Notes under the pieces: model-generated
Databases searched by the model: none
What the model was told of the DNA's origin: nothing
The model's input: only the letters and a program-made list of their open reading frames with translations
Shown: positions 16,712 to 26,074 of the stretch, piece after piece
How the letters are laid out: each line of letters begins with the position of its first letter
How positions within the stretch are numbered: the stretch's first letter is position 1
Program-made: the position numbers and the translations under genes
Assembly (NCBI RefSeq): GCF_936981045.1
Contig: NZ_OW441264.1
Coordinates: 390,001 to 422,000, forward strand
Length of the DNA: 32,000 nt
Source: Candidatus Saccharimonadota bacterium
Lineage (GTDB): Bacteria; Bacteroidota; Bacteroidia; Cytophagales; Amoebophilaceae
Direction of reading: 5' to 3'

Positions 16712-17776
16712 CTAAGAACCGTTCAGCTTTTTTAGAAAATTCTGAATCAATATAGGTTTGGGCAAAGTTTCAATCTCTGCATGATTAAATGGTACTAAGG
16801 AAAATTGATTGAATAGATATTTGGCTTCTTGCAAGAAAGCTGGAGTAATTTCTATCTTGTGGAATTTTACAAACAACTTCTGATGGGTTAGCAAATGGCG
16901 CTCCTCTTTTTCAAAAGTAATAATGGATAAATGGTTTTTTTTAACTAAATAAAACAAAGGATCATCCATCTGATCTACCACCAAGCGCTGCTTATTTTCT
17001 AATAAATAGAAATCATACATACCCTTCCAAATATCACTTTTTACACGCTTTTTCATATATATAACATCCTTATATTGCAAAATGAAATAGTCAAAATAAC
17101 GGGCTTTTTTATGTAGTCTATTGGTTTTAACAGGTAGTACTTTTTGTCTATCGGTATAGAAGGCAATGCAATAGTTTTTAAAAACACAAGTGGTACAAAA
17201 AGGAGATACTGGCGTACATTGGAGTGCGCCAAAATCCATAATGGCCTGGCTATATATATCGGGCTGCGTATGATCTACCAGTAGGGTTGCAAATTGATGC
17301 ATTTGTTTTCTCCCTTGCGATGTACCTATATCGTAAGTTAGTCCAAAAATACGTGCCAATACACGATAGACATTTCCATCCACCGCAGCAACTACTTCTT
17401 TAAAAGCAACTGCTGCAATGGCTGCAGCTGTATAAGGCCCAATCCCCTTAAGCATAAGTAATGCTCGGTAATTAGTGGGGAAGATACCATTATATTGCTC
17501 AACAATGGTTTGCGCACAACAGTGTAGGTTACGTGCCCTGCTATAGTAACCCAATCCTTGCCATAAACGCAGGATTTCCTGCTCTGTGGAACTGGCTAAT
17601 GCGATTACAGAAGGATATTGAGCTATAAAACGCTTATAGTAAGGCAACCCCTGTACTACTCTGGTTTGTTGTAGAATAACTTCTGATAACCATATCTTAT
17701 ATGGATCTTTAGTAATGCGCCAAGGCAAACAACGCTGATGTAACTTGTACCAAGAAAGCAACAACCTACGAAACAT
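16712..17776 (-). CDS. mutY: A/G-specific adenine DNA glycosylase
   Basis: LPWR...DPYKIWLSE.ILQQT.V, GLGYYSRARNL, the HhH-GPD segment LKGIGPYTAAAI, and the Cys cluster C..C....C of the 4Fe-4S loop. Start chosen at the internal Met (MFRRLLLSWY). The ORF-track start at 17890 is a TTG adding 38 hydrophobic residues. Confidence 0.88.
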   Translation of the reverse strand: MFRRLLLSWYKLHQRCLPWRITKDPYKIWLSEVILQQTRVVQGLPYYKRFIAQYPSVIALASSTEQEILRLWQGLGYYSRARNLHCCAQTIVEQYNGIFPTNYRALLMLKGIGPYTAAAIAAVAFKEVVAAVDGNVYRVLARIFGLTYDIGTSQGRKQMHQFATLLVDHTQPDIYSQAIMDFGALQCTPVSPFCTTCVFKNYCIAFYTDRQKVLPVKTNRLHKKARYFDYFILQYKDVIYMKKRVKSDIWKGMYDFYLLENKQRLVVDQMDDPLFYLVKKNHLSIITFEKEERHLLTHQKLFVKFHKIEITPAFLQEAKYLFNQFSLVPFNHAEIETLPKPILIQNFLKKLNGS

Positions 17777-18005
17777 AATATGGTTGATCGTACTAGGTAA
17801 CATAGGCAATAAAATAATTGAAAGTGTAATGCAAATTTTATTATATTTAACAAGCAGTATTACTGCATAGTTCATTAGATAGCAGCACAAGTATTTTCCA
17901 TAAATAGCTAAAAATACAAGAATTTAAGTATGACAACCATTTTTTTGCTATAGATAAAAAATAATTTAGTTAAAAAATGCAAACAGCAGCAGCGCAAAAT
18001 ATACC

Positions 18006-18803
18006 ATGAGTTTACAACTAACCAACCCACTTGCTTTTTTAGATTTAGAGACTACAGGTACCAATGTGGTACATGATCGCATCGTAGAAGTTGCAATAAT
18101 TAAGCTTATGCCCAATGGTAACCGCTTAACTTTTTACAAAAAAATTAATCCAGAACAAGCCATTCCCATTGAAGCTAGTTTAATTCATGGTATTTATGCT
18201 GAGGATTTACACGACAAACCAACCTTTAAACAAACCAGTAAAGAATTAATTGCGTTTTTAAAAGGAGCTGACTTAGCTGGTTTTAATCTGCTTCGTTTTG
18301 ATATACCCATATTAACAGAAAGCTTTTTGCGTGCAGAATTAGACTTTAAAATAGAAAATCGCAAAATCATAGATGTGCAAAAGCTTTTTCACCTAATGGA
18401 AAAAAGGACGTTAAAAGCAGCTTATCTATTTTATTGTCAGAAGGAACTAAAAGGTGCCCATAATGCCATGGTAGATATAGAAGCTACTTTAGAAATATTG
18501 ACGGAACAAGTAAAAAGATATGAAAATCAGTCCGTAGTTGATTCTTTAGGGAATACATTGGGTGTCATAAAAAATGATGTAGCTACCCTACATCATTTAA
18601 CCAATACCAACATGATCGATTTTGCAGCTAGAATGGTGTACAACGAACAACATGTACCCATCTTTAACTTTGGCAAACACAAAGGAAAAACCGTCTCAGA
18701 AGTGCTCAAACTAGAACCTTCTTACTATAACTGGATGATGCAAGGAGCTTTCCCTTTGGATACCAAACGTAAACTCACCAAAATTAAAATGGGGATCATG
18801 TAA
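18006..18803 (+). CDS. DEDDh 3'-5' exonuclease (DnaQ/PolIII-epsilon-like domain protein)
   Basis: Exo I FLDLETTG, Exo II GFN..RFDIP.L, Exo III H.A..D with an upstream conserved acidic residue. 265 aa. Confidence 0.82.
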   Translation: MSLQLTNPLAFLDLETTGTNVVHDRIVEVAIIKLMPNGNRLTFYKKINPEQAIPIEASLIHGIYAEDLHDKPTFKQTSKELIAFLKGADLAGFNLLRFDIPILTESFLRAELDFKIENRKIIDVQKLFHLMEKRTLKAAYLFYCQKELKGAHNAMVDIEATLEILTEQVKRYENQSVVDSLGNTLGVIKNDVATLHHLTNTNMIDFAARMVYNEQHVPIFNFGKHKGKTVSEVLKLEPSYYNWMMQGAFPLDTKRKLTKIKMGIM

Positions 18804-18814
18804 TTACATGATCC
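18793..18814 (+). terminator. perfect 22-bp palindrome overlapping the exonuclease stop codon (possible terminator hairpin)
   Basis: GGATCATGTAATTACATGATCC is its own reverse complement. No strong downstream T-run. Confidence 0.35.
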
Positions 18815-18887
18815 TATCGATTTAGGCTATAGGCTGGTGCTATGATGGCATTAGCTAATACTAGTATTATATAAAATGACAAAATAA

Positions 18888-19023
18888 TGGAAGTATAGTG
18901 GCCTGAAAAAATCGGACAAAAATCTTTTAATTTATTTTCCGTATCGTTTAGTTTTAAAGTCATACAATAAATTAATCAGATGGGTAGAAATAAGATTAGG
19001 CATTTTAGTTCGGAAGAAAAAAC
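18888..19023 (+). pseudogene. IS3-family left-end fragment (IRL region plus first codons MGRNKIRHFSSEEK), truncated by IS6 copy 3
   Basis: Aligns with 27363-27495 (TGG.CTGAAAAAATCGGACAAAAAT...CATACAATAAATTAATCA.ATGGGTAGAAA). Start +/- 10 bp. Confidence 0.75.
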
Positions 19024-19856
19024 GGTTCTGTCGCGTCTATAGTTTTCTTAGTATAGGTTTTTCGTTTAAGTCAAATTTTGGATATTATGCGGCCATTAAG
19101 ATAGCAAAGTTCTCAAAAGTAGAAAGATGATTTTTAGCTCCTCTTACTTGTCCTTTTTGAATCATACGAATGTTTTCTATCCCTGAAATAGTAATGGAAG
19201 CAGAATAAAAATTCTTAAAACCCAGCATAGGTTTTATCCGTTTTTTGATAAACCTATGATCTTGTTCAACTCTATTATTCAAATATTTGTTTTGCAATAT
19301 TTGAATGGTATGATCTTGATCAAGATCTGTATTGATCGCGTCAAGGGCAGCTTTATTACTACCGCTTTTGTCAATTACTACTTTCTTAGGAATATTATTT
19401 TCTGTGATCGCCTTTCGAAAAAAAGAAAGCGTTGAAGACTTGTCTCTATGCTCAGATAGAAAAAAGTCAACTGTATCACCATAACGATCTACTGCTCTAT
19501 ATAAATAGATCCACTTCCCGTTTAGTTTAACATAGGTTTCATCCATTCTCCAACTACTACCAATTGGTCGTTTTCTTTTTCTTACTGCTTTATCTATCAG
19601 AGGAACAAACTTAATAACCCATCTCTGTAGCGTAGAATGATCAACTCTTGCGCCTCTCATACGCATCATCTCTTCCAAATCTCTATAGCTCAAGGAAAAA
19701 CGACACTTCATGTATACAAATAACAGGATGACTTCTGATGAAGAACAATAACCTTTAAAATATGGTAATAACTCGGGAGAAATATTAAACATAATAACTA
19801 CTTTTGTAAATACCGATACTAAAATAATCATTTTTTAGAATAAACGCGACAGAACC
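19024..19856 (-). mobile_element. IS6-family insertion sequence, copy 3, 833 bp
   Basis: Same ends and offsets as the other copies. Confidence 0.92.
19085..19831 (-). CDS. IS6-family DDE transposase
   Basis: 248-aa ORF identical to 3840-4586 and 21680-22426. Confidence 0.9.
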   Translation of the reverse strand: MIILVSVFTKVVIMFNISPELLPYFKGYCSSSEVILLFVYMKCRFSLSYRDLEEMMRMRGARVDHSTLQRWVIKFVPLIDKAVRKRKRPIGSSWRMDETYVKLNGKWIYLYRAVDRYGDTVDFFLSEHRDKSSTLSFFRKAITENNIPKKVVIDKSGSNKAALDAINTDLDQDHTIQILQNKYLNNRVEQDHRFIKKRIKPMLGFKNFYSASITISGIENIRMIQKGQVRGAKNHLSTFENFAILMAA

Positions 19857-20016
19857 GCTGTTTTTAAAACATTGTATCTAACTATTAATTACATGACTAG
19901 AAAGTGGACCATCCCTATTCATAATTGGAGTGAGGCTATGGCACATTTTTTAATTAAATTAGAAAATAGAATCTAATAAACCAAAAAATAATTTACACGC
20001 TTAATTGGGCAGAGCC
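19857..20016 (+). pseudogene. IS256-family 3' fragment (last ~35 codons plus IRR)
   Basis: GCTGTTTTTAAAACATTGTATCTAACTATTAATTACATGACTAGAAAGTGG...ATTTACACGCTTAATTGGGCAGAGCC matches 12648-12816 of the intact copy. Confidence 0.88.
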
Positions 20017-20168
20017 TCAGTATCTGTTCAGCTGGTGGCGTCGTATCTATTCAGTGTATCGCAATGCTGCGAAAAAAATAGAAAACCGCTCCTTGTAAAA
20101 AGTTGCTTAACTTTTTGCACAACGCTTAGTTTTTTGCACACTTTATTATTAAGAAAAAAGTAATATAA

Positions 20169-20438
20169 ATGCCTTATTTGCCCATCATGGAACCATTCCG
20201 AAAATGGTTGGCGTTATTTTGCAAGTTTTTTAGATGTTTTTGTTGCTTTTCTATTGGCATCTATCAGAATTGCATGGCACCTTTATGCCCTCCTATGTGC
20301 CGTTTTCAACCCAGTTGTTCTTGTTATGCAAAAGTTGCTTTTGCCAAGTATGGCATTCGAAAGGGTACCCTGCTTACCTTACGCAGACTGCTTCGTTGCC
20401 ATCCCTGGGGAAGTAGTGGATATGATCCATTACTTTGA
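20169..20438 (+). CDS. yidD: membrane protein insertion efficiency factor YidD
   Basis: IGIYQ...P....CRF.PSCS.Y...A....G...G..L...RLLRCHPW...GYDP is the YidD signature. 89 aa. Confidence 0.88.
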   Translation: MPYLPIMEPFRKWLALFCKFFRCFCCFSIGIYQNCMAPLCPPMCRFQPSCSCYAKVAFAKYGIRKGTLLTLRRLLRCHPWGSSGYDPLL

Positions 20439-21341
20439 ATGTTTATTTTTGCGAATGGTTGGATAACCAAATCTTGTTAGTAGTAATCCACTTTTACGCC
20501 AGTTCGGAGTGACTTTGACATGTTGTTCTAGGAAGATTTTCTTCTGAAGAAAGTTTTCTAATGCTTTCCTGGCATTTATCCCTAACTTTTTTAGCGCGTC
20601 CCCTCTTTGGCCGATCATAATCCGCTTTTGTGTTGCTCGTTCTACATGTATAATCGATCTAATTTTAATCAGGGTTTCCATTTCCTTAAAATAGTCTATG
20701 ACTACTTCTACACTGTAAGGTATTTCTTGATGGTATTGGTCTAGTATTTTTTTACGTATGATCTCCTGTACAAAAAAGCGTTCTGGCTTGTCTGTTAGGG
20801 TTTCTGCTGGATAATAAGGAGGGTGGTTGGGTAACCATTGAACAATTTTTTGCATGAGTTGATCGATGTTTTCATTTTGTATGGCTGATATAGGTATGAT
20901 AGTTATGTCTGGGTAATGGTGTTTCCAGTAGGCCATTGCTTTATTGAGCTGGTTAGCTGTGATTAAATCAACCTTATTCAGTACCAATATAATGGGTTTT
21001 TTAGTGCGGTTTTCATAAAGCCATGGAAGCAGTTCTAGCTCTTTTACATCTACTAGCCAGATGATAAGGTCAGCATCTGTACGAGCCGTTTTTACAGTTT
21101 CCATCATAGCTGTTTGTAGGGGATAAGTAGGTGTAATAACGCCTGGTGTATCTATATAAATGATTTGAAAGTTTTTTCTAGAAACCATTCCATAGATTTG
21201 ATGGCGTGTTGTTTGTGCTTTTGCATGGGTAATAGCCAGTTGTTCACCTACCAATAGGTTCATTAAGGTAGATTTGCCAGCATTGGGTTTGCCAATAATA
21301 GCTACAAAACCAGACTTATAGTCACTTTTATCTTCATGCAT
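20430..21341 (-). CDS. era: GTPase Era
   Basis: G1 [10 protein letters not shown]2-region TT, G3 DTPG, G4 NKVD, and a C-terminal KH domain (..[22 protein letters not shown]). Start set at the ATG giving [17 protein letters not shown]. The ORF-track start at 21368 is TTG. Confidence 0.9.
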   Translation of the reverse strand: MHEDKSDYKSGFVAIIGKPNAGKSTLMNLLVGEQLAITHAKAQTTRHQIYGMVSRKNFQIIYIDTPGVITPTYPLQTAMMETVKTARTDADLIIWLVDVKELELLPWLYENRTKKPIILVLNKVDLITANQLNKAMAYWKHHYPDITIIPISAIQNENIDQLMQKIVQWLPNHPPYYPAETLTDKPERFFVQEIIRKKILDQYHQEIPYSVEVVIDYFKEMETLIKIRSIIHVERATQKRIMIGQRGDALKKLGINARKALENFLQKKIFLEQHVKVTPNWRKSGLLLTRFGYPTIRKNKHSK

Positions 21342-21439
21342 AAACGTAATATATTTGCAATGATACAAAAAAACATATAAATTTGTAATAATTCAAGTAG
21401 CTATATGGATCATTTATCGCTTGGTGGTTAAGGCTTTAC

Positions 21440-21512
<73 letters not shown>

Positions 21513-21654
21513 CTTTCCCTTCTTTACTTTTGCAGTGTATGGTATATCTGTTTGCGTTTTTAACCATTTTTAGATCGCATCAAACAGAAATTATGCTGCT
21601 TTTTGGCCCTATTGGGCAATAGAACGCCCATGATAAATGGTTGTGATTATAACA

Positions 21655-22487
21655 GGTTCTGTCGCGTTTATTCTAAAAAATGATTATTTTAGTATCGGTA
21701 TTTACAAAAGTAGTTATTATGTTTAATATTTCTCCCGAGTTATTACCATATTTTAAAGGTTATTGTTCTTCATCAGAAGTCATCCTGTTATTTGTATACA
21801 TGAAGTGTCGTTTTTCCTTGAGCTATAGAGATTTGGAAGAGATGATGCGTATGAGAGGCGCAAGAGTTGATCATTCTACGCTACAGAGATGGGTTATTAA
21901 GTTTGTTCCTCTGATAGATAAAGCAGTAAGAAAAAGAAAACGACCAATTGGTAGTAGTTGGAGAATGGATGAAACCTATGTTAAACTAAACGGGAAGTGG
22001 ATCTATTTATATAGAGCAGTAGATCGTTATGGTGATACAGTTGACTTTTTTCTATCTGAGCATAGAGACAAGTCTTCAACGCTTTCTTTTTTTCGAAAGG
22101 CGATCACAGAAAATAATATTCCTAAGAAAGTAGTAATTGACAAAAGCGGTAGTAATAAAGCTGCCCTTGACGCGATCAATACAGATCTTGATCAAGATCA
22201 TACCATTCAAATATTGCAAAACAAATATTTGAATAATAGAGTTGAACAAGATCATAGGTTTATCAAAAAACGGATAAAACCTATGCTGGGTTTTAAGAAT
22301 TTTTATTCTGCTTCCATTACTATTTCAGGGATAGAAAACATTCGTATGATTCAAAAAGGACAAGTAAGAGGAGCTAAAAATCATCTTTCTACTTTTGAGA
22401 ACTTTGCTATCTTAATGGCCGCATAATATCCAAAATTTGACTTAAACGAAAAACCTATACTAAGAAAACTATAGACGCGACAGAACC
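21655..22487 (+). mobile_element. IS6-family insertion sequence, copy 4, 833 bp (opposite orientation)
   Basis: GGTTCTGTCGCGTTTATTCT... at 21655 and ...ATAGACGCGACAGAACC ending 22487. Confidence 0.92.
21680..22426 (+). CDS. IS6-family DDE transposase
   Basis: 248-aa ORF identical to copies 2 and 3. Confidence 0.9.
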   Translation: MIILVSVFTKVVIMFNISPELLPYFKGYCSSSEVILLFVYMKCRFSLSYRDLEEMMRMRGARVDHSTLQRWVIKFVPLIDKAVRKRKRPIGSSWRMDETYVKLNGKWIYLYRAVDRYGDTVDFFLSEHRDKSSTLSFFRKAITENNIPKKVVIDKSGSNKAALDAINTDLDQDHTIQILQNKYLNNRVEQDHRFIKKRIKPMLGFKNFYSASITISGIENIRMIQKGQVRGAKNHLSTFENFAILMAA

Positions 22488-22564
22488 TCTTTAACTGTCT
22501 CTTTTCTTTTCATTGTTTTAAGTGTTATGATTTAGGTAAAGATAAATCCTAAAAAATATTTATA
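22488..22564 (-). mobile_element. IS256-family 5' leader fragment (leader variant as at 24478), lacking its terminal ~22 nt
   Basis: Reverse complement reads ..ATAAATATTTTTTAGGATTTATCTTTACCTAAATCATAACACTTAAAACAATGAAAAGAAAAGAGACAGTTAAAGA. Confidence 0.8.
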
Positions 22565-22805
22565 ACGTGAGTTCGGGATTTATTTGACTGATTTACAACA
22601 ATTTAATATCAATTATTTAGTTAATATTTGCACCTATTTAACAAGTTTTTATATCTAATTTTATAAATATAATATATATAATAAACTGATTATAAGAATT
22701 ATTTGTTATTCAACTACCTATTTAACTGTCTAATAAAACAAATTTTATAAATTTTCATTAATATTGATTATCAAATGAAAAAATAATCTAATCCTGAACT
22801 CACGT
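22565..22805 (+). mobile_element. MITE copy 3 (IS982-type TIRs), no target duplication
   Basis: ACGTGAGTTCGGGATTTATTTGACTG...AATAATCTAATCCTGAACTCACGT. Flanks TTATA / TAAAT differ. Confidence 0.88.
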
Positions 22806-22853
22806 TAAATATATAACCCGAAATATATTTACACACTTAAAACAAAAGACCCT
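22806..22853 (-). mobile_element. IS256-family IRL fragment (leader variant as at 11475)
   Basis: Reverse complement GGGTCTTTTGTTTTAAGTGTGTAAATATATTTCGGGTTATATATTTA equals 11475-11521. Confidence 0.85.
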
Positions 22854-23004
22854 TTAAATATAAAATCATTTTTTATAAATTAGGCTTAATGTAAGCCCGG
22901 AATGATGTTATGACTTATAGGGACAAAGCGTTAATGGGTGTACTAATTTTTGTGAATGTATTAATATAGTCTCTGATTGGGTAATTTTATTAAATTTTTT
23001 AGTC

Positions 23005-23727
23005 ATGCATATGGTTTATGCTTATCTTCGAAATCAATTTAAGCAGCCTGGGAATGGGTTTATACAAGTCATTTTGGTTCATATTTTAAGCTTTTTCTTT
23101 CTTTTTTTATTTAATACTGGATGTTATATCTGCGGTTATGAAGATCATAACGCATGGCTCTATAGGCAATTGGCTTTTCCTTCTCTTTATCCATCGTTAT
23201 TAGAGCGGCCGTGGACCATTATTACCTACTCCTTTATACATAAAGGTTTTGTAGATTTGTTCTGGGATATATTCATACTGTATCTTTTTGGTCAAAGAAT
23301 ACCGGCCATTACACGCTCAAAACATATATTACGGCTTTATGGTTTAGGGCAAATAATCGGATCCATTGTTTTTTTTATACTATATCAGTTTTCGCCTCCC
23401 TTTAGGGGGATTGCTGCTGATCTTACGGGGCCTTCAGCAGCCATTTATGCTATAATGATCGCAGTCTGTGTGTTGATGCCTAGTTTAAGGTTATATTGCT
23501 TCTTTTTCTCTCTACCATTAAGGTACGTTGCACTTGCTTTACTGGTAACAGCCCTTATGCATTTGCCCACCCAACATGCGGGTCATTACCTGGCGCAATT
23601 GGGTGGTTCGTTGGTTGGATATGTTTATGCCAGGCTTTGTAAAAATGATATGGACATTAATCGTTCTTTTTTTAATATACATAGTCTAAGTAGAACAAAG
23701 ATGTCGGTTAGTGTTACTAAGAAATAG
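23005..23727 (+). CDS. rhomboid-family intramembrane serine protease
   Basis: Six or more hydrophobic helices. H.GF.DL..D...LY.FG block, GPSAAIYA (GxSxxxxA active-site helix) and a later H in QHAGHYLAQLGGSLVGY. 240 aa. Confidence 0.78.
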   Translation: MHMVYAYLRNQFKQPGNGFIQVILVHILSFFFLFLFNTGCYICGYEDHNAWLYRQLAFPSLYPSLLERPWTIITYSFIHKGFVDLFWDIFILYLFGQRIPAITRSKHILRLYGLGQIIGSIVFFILYQFSPPFRGIAADLTGPSAAIYAIMIAVCVLMPSLRLYCFFFSLPLRYVALALLVTALMHLPTQHAGHYLAQLGGSLVGYVYARLCKNDMDINRSFFNIHSLSRTKMSVSVTKK

Positions 23728-23770
23728 GTTAGATCGTATGGTCTTAGAGGGATCTGTTCAGGTACTGGTA

Positions 23771-23912
23771 TCAACTTAAGCGTGGCAGCAAATCCAGGCC
23801 ATAAGACATTTTTAATCTTACTTTTTGATTGATAAAAAAGTAAGCAGAAAGTCAAGCCCCTTGTAAAAAGTTGCGATTAGAAAGTGCACCTTTCAGCAGC
23901 TTTTTATACGGG
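23771..23912. repeat. dispersed intergenic repeat family R, copy C (~140 nt)
   Basis: TCAACTTAAG...AAATCCAGGCCATAAGACATTTTTAATCTTACTTTTTGATTGATAAAAAAGTAAGCAGAAAGTCAAGCCCCTTGTAAAAAGTTGC...CTTTTTATACGG aligns with copy B. Confidence 0.7.
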
Positions 23913-24010
23913 GAGTTTTTTTCTTGTTTTTTGACAGTATGGTCAGAAGGCTGAGTGGATAATGGCTATAAAGCCAAGTCGACCAAAGTTAATCTTTATT
24001 TTTACTTCAC

Positions 24011-24382
24011 TTGAATAGGATGTTTTTTAGAATTATAAAGATGCTATGTAAACTATTTGGCATAGCTTGTATAGTAGAGATGGTAAGAAAAAGGATGGGT
24101 ATGTTGGTCTGTGCACTGCAGCATAATCTTAAAGCACAAGCCAAGAAAATTGCTCAAATGTTTTTACTGGGTTCCCTAGCTTTTATATTACTTGGTTTAG
24201 GGTTGCAGTTCTTATTATTTGGATTAGCTTGCTGGCTGAATGCAGTACTCTGTAATACTTATCTTGGTTTTTTGCTTGTTGCAATGGGTTGTTTTTTAAT
24301 GGTTATACTTATCGTACTTATGCTGCGCAGGAAAATCAATAACCAAGAAGTGGAACAGGGCCACATTACGGATGGTGAGTAG
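24011..24382 (+). CDS. small membrane protein, hypothetical (two long hydrophobic helices; YqjE/DUF1469-like topology)
   Basis: 123-aa ORF (TTG at 24011; ATGs at 24020 and 24041). FLLGSLAFILLGLGLQFLLFGLACWL and LGFLLVAMGCFLMVILIVLML helices followed by a basic RRK. Confidence 0.5.
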   Translation: MNRMFFRIIKMLCKLFGIACIVEMVRKRMGMLVCALQHNLKAQAKKIAQMFLLGSLAFILLGLGLQFLLFGLACWLNAVLCNTYLGFLLVAMGCFLMVILIVLMLRRKINNQEVEQGHITDGE

Positions 24383-24477
24383 GTGGTTTGATATAGCTCA
24401 TTCCTTGCCCTATATGCTCTTGAGGTCCAGACGTTGGGTGAAAGTAATCAAAAAATAGATTTTCTAGCTCAGCTGTT

Positions 24478-25809
24478 GGGTCTTTTGTTTTAAGTGTGTA
24501 AATATTTTTTAGGATTTATCTTTACCTAAATCATAACACTTAAAACAATGAAAAAAAAAGAGACAGTTAAAGATGGGATAAGCAAGGCCATAGATGTACT
24601 GATAGAATCAGGTGTAGACCTTTCCAGACTTTTTGGTCAAGACGGCTTACTCAAACAATTAAGTAAGCGTCTTGTAGAAAAAGCATTACAGTCAGAAATG
24701 GATGACCATTTAGGTTATAATAAGTATGCACGTAGTGATTCAGAGAATGCACGTAATAGATTATCCAGTAAGCAAGTTATTACTGATAATGGCGTTATAT
24801 CGGTTGAAGTACCCAAAGATAGAGCATCGACTTTTGAACCTATTTTATTGCCTAATCGTCAAACAAGAATTCCTGGTTTGGATGATAAGATCTTATCTTT
24901 ATATGCTAAAGGTATGAGTCTGTCAGATATTCAGATTCAAATACAGGAATTATATGGCGCAGAAGTAAGTGAAAGCCTGATAAGTAACATCACAGACTCT
25001 ATTATTGAAGATGTTAAGATATGGCAAAATCATCCCTTAGAATCAGTCTATTCTATTGTTTTTTTTGATTGCTTTGTAGTTAAAGTTAGACAAGATAAGC
25101 GCATCATCAACAAGGCAGTCTATGTCGCTTTAGGTATAGATAGATCTAGCATAAAGGATGTTTTAGGGCTTTGGATGAGTGAAAATGAAGGGGCTAAATT
25201 TTGGTTAGGCAATTTAACAGAACTCAAAAATCGGGGTATGAACGATGTGCTCATTGCATGTACAGATAATTTGTCAGGCATGTCTGAGGCCATTTCTGCT
25301 GTATACCCAAAAACGGAACATCAGCTCTGTATTGTTCATGCAATTAGGGGTAGTTTGCAGTATGTTTCTTATAAACATAGAAAGGTATTAGTTGCTAATT
25401 TAAAACCAATTTATACAGCAGTTACCGAGCAAGAAGCATTGATGACCTTAGAAGCTTTTGCTACTAAGTGGAATCAACAATACCCACAAATAGCCCAATC
25501 TTGGTATGCTAACTGGGATGATCTGATGGTATTTTTACAGTACCCTAATGCCATACGTAAGGTCATTTACACAACAAATGTTTGGAATCTGTAAATAGCC
25601 AATTTCGTAGAGTTACCAAAAATAAAAGAGTGTTCCCTAACGATCCAGCTATTTTTAAAACATTATATCTAACTATTAACTACATGACTAGAAAATGGAC
25701 CACCTCTATTCATAACTGGAGCGAGGCTATGGCACATTTTTTAATTAAATTTGAAAACAGAATTGAATAAAACCAAAAAAATAATTTACACACTTAAGTG
25801 GACAGAGCC
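24478..25809 (+). mobile_element. IS256-family insertion sequence, second subfamily copy, 1332 bp, transposase frameshifted
   Basis: Same IRL. Right end ATTTACACACTTAAGTGGACAGAGCC. Flanks CAGCTGTT / GATCTGTT (6/8 identical) may be a decayed 8-bp duplication. Confidence 0.88.
24548..25770 (+). pseudogene. IS256-family transposase with a frameshift near codon 345
   Basis: ORFs 24548-25594 and 25582-25770 together are collinear with the intact 406-aa protein. AATGCTGTTGAATCT in the intact copy is AATGTTTGGAATCT here (one base fewer), so TTNAVESVN becomes TTNVWNL*. Confidence 0.88.
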
Positions 25810-26074
25810 GATCTGTTAGGGCCTGATCTACTATATTTTAGTTAAAACCTTTAGTAGACCATCTTCAACAAATAGGATGGATACATCTGCTCCGCCTTCT
25901 CACAATAAATCTATGGTTGAAAAGTATTTTACACAATCTTTTCAAAAGACCCGCCCATGAGCTTATTTATGGAGCGGTAACTTTTAATAGATAATTGAAA
26001 AATAAAAATTAGGACTATAACCTTTGACTATATCGTTCAAGCTTTATTTTTAAGTTAAAAAAGATATACACAAC

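Noticed and set aside
20430-20438. 9-nt convergent overlap of the yidD and era 3' ends
   Set aside because: Short convergent overlaps are common in compact genomes, and no additional structure or motif was seen there.
25570-25600. Overlap of the two IS256 ORFs considered as programmed ribosomal frameshifting
   Set aside because: IS256-family transposases are single-ORF proteins. The intact copy at 11545 reads straight through the homologous site. No slippery heptamer is present, only a 1-nt deletion with an adjacent substitution.
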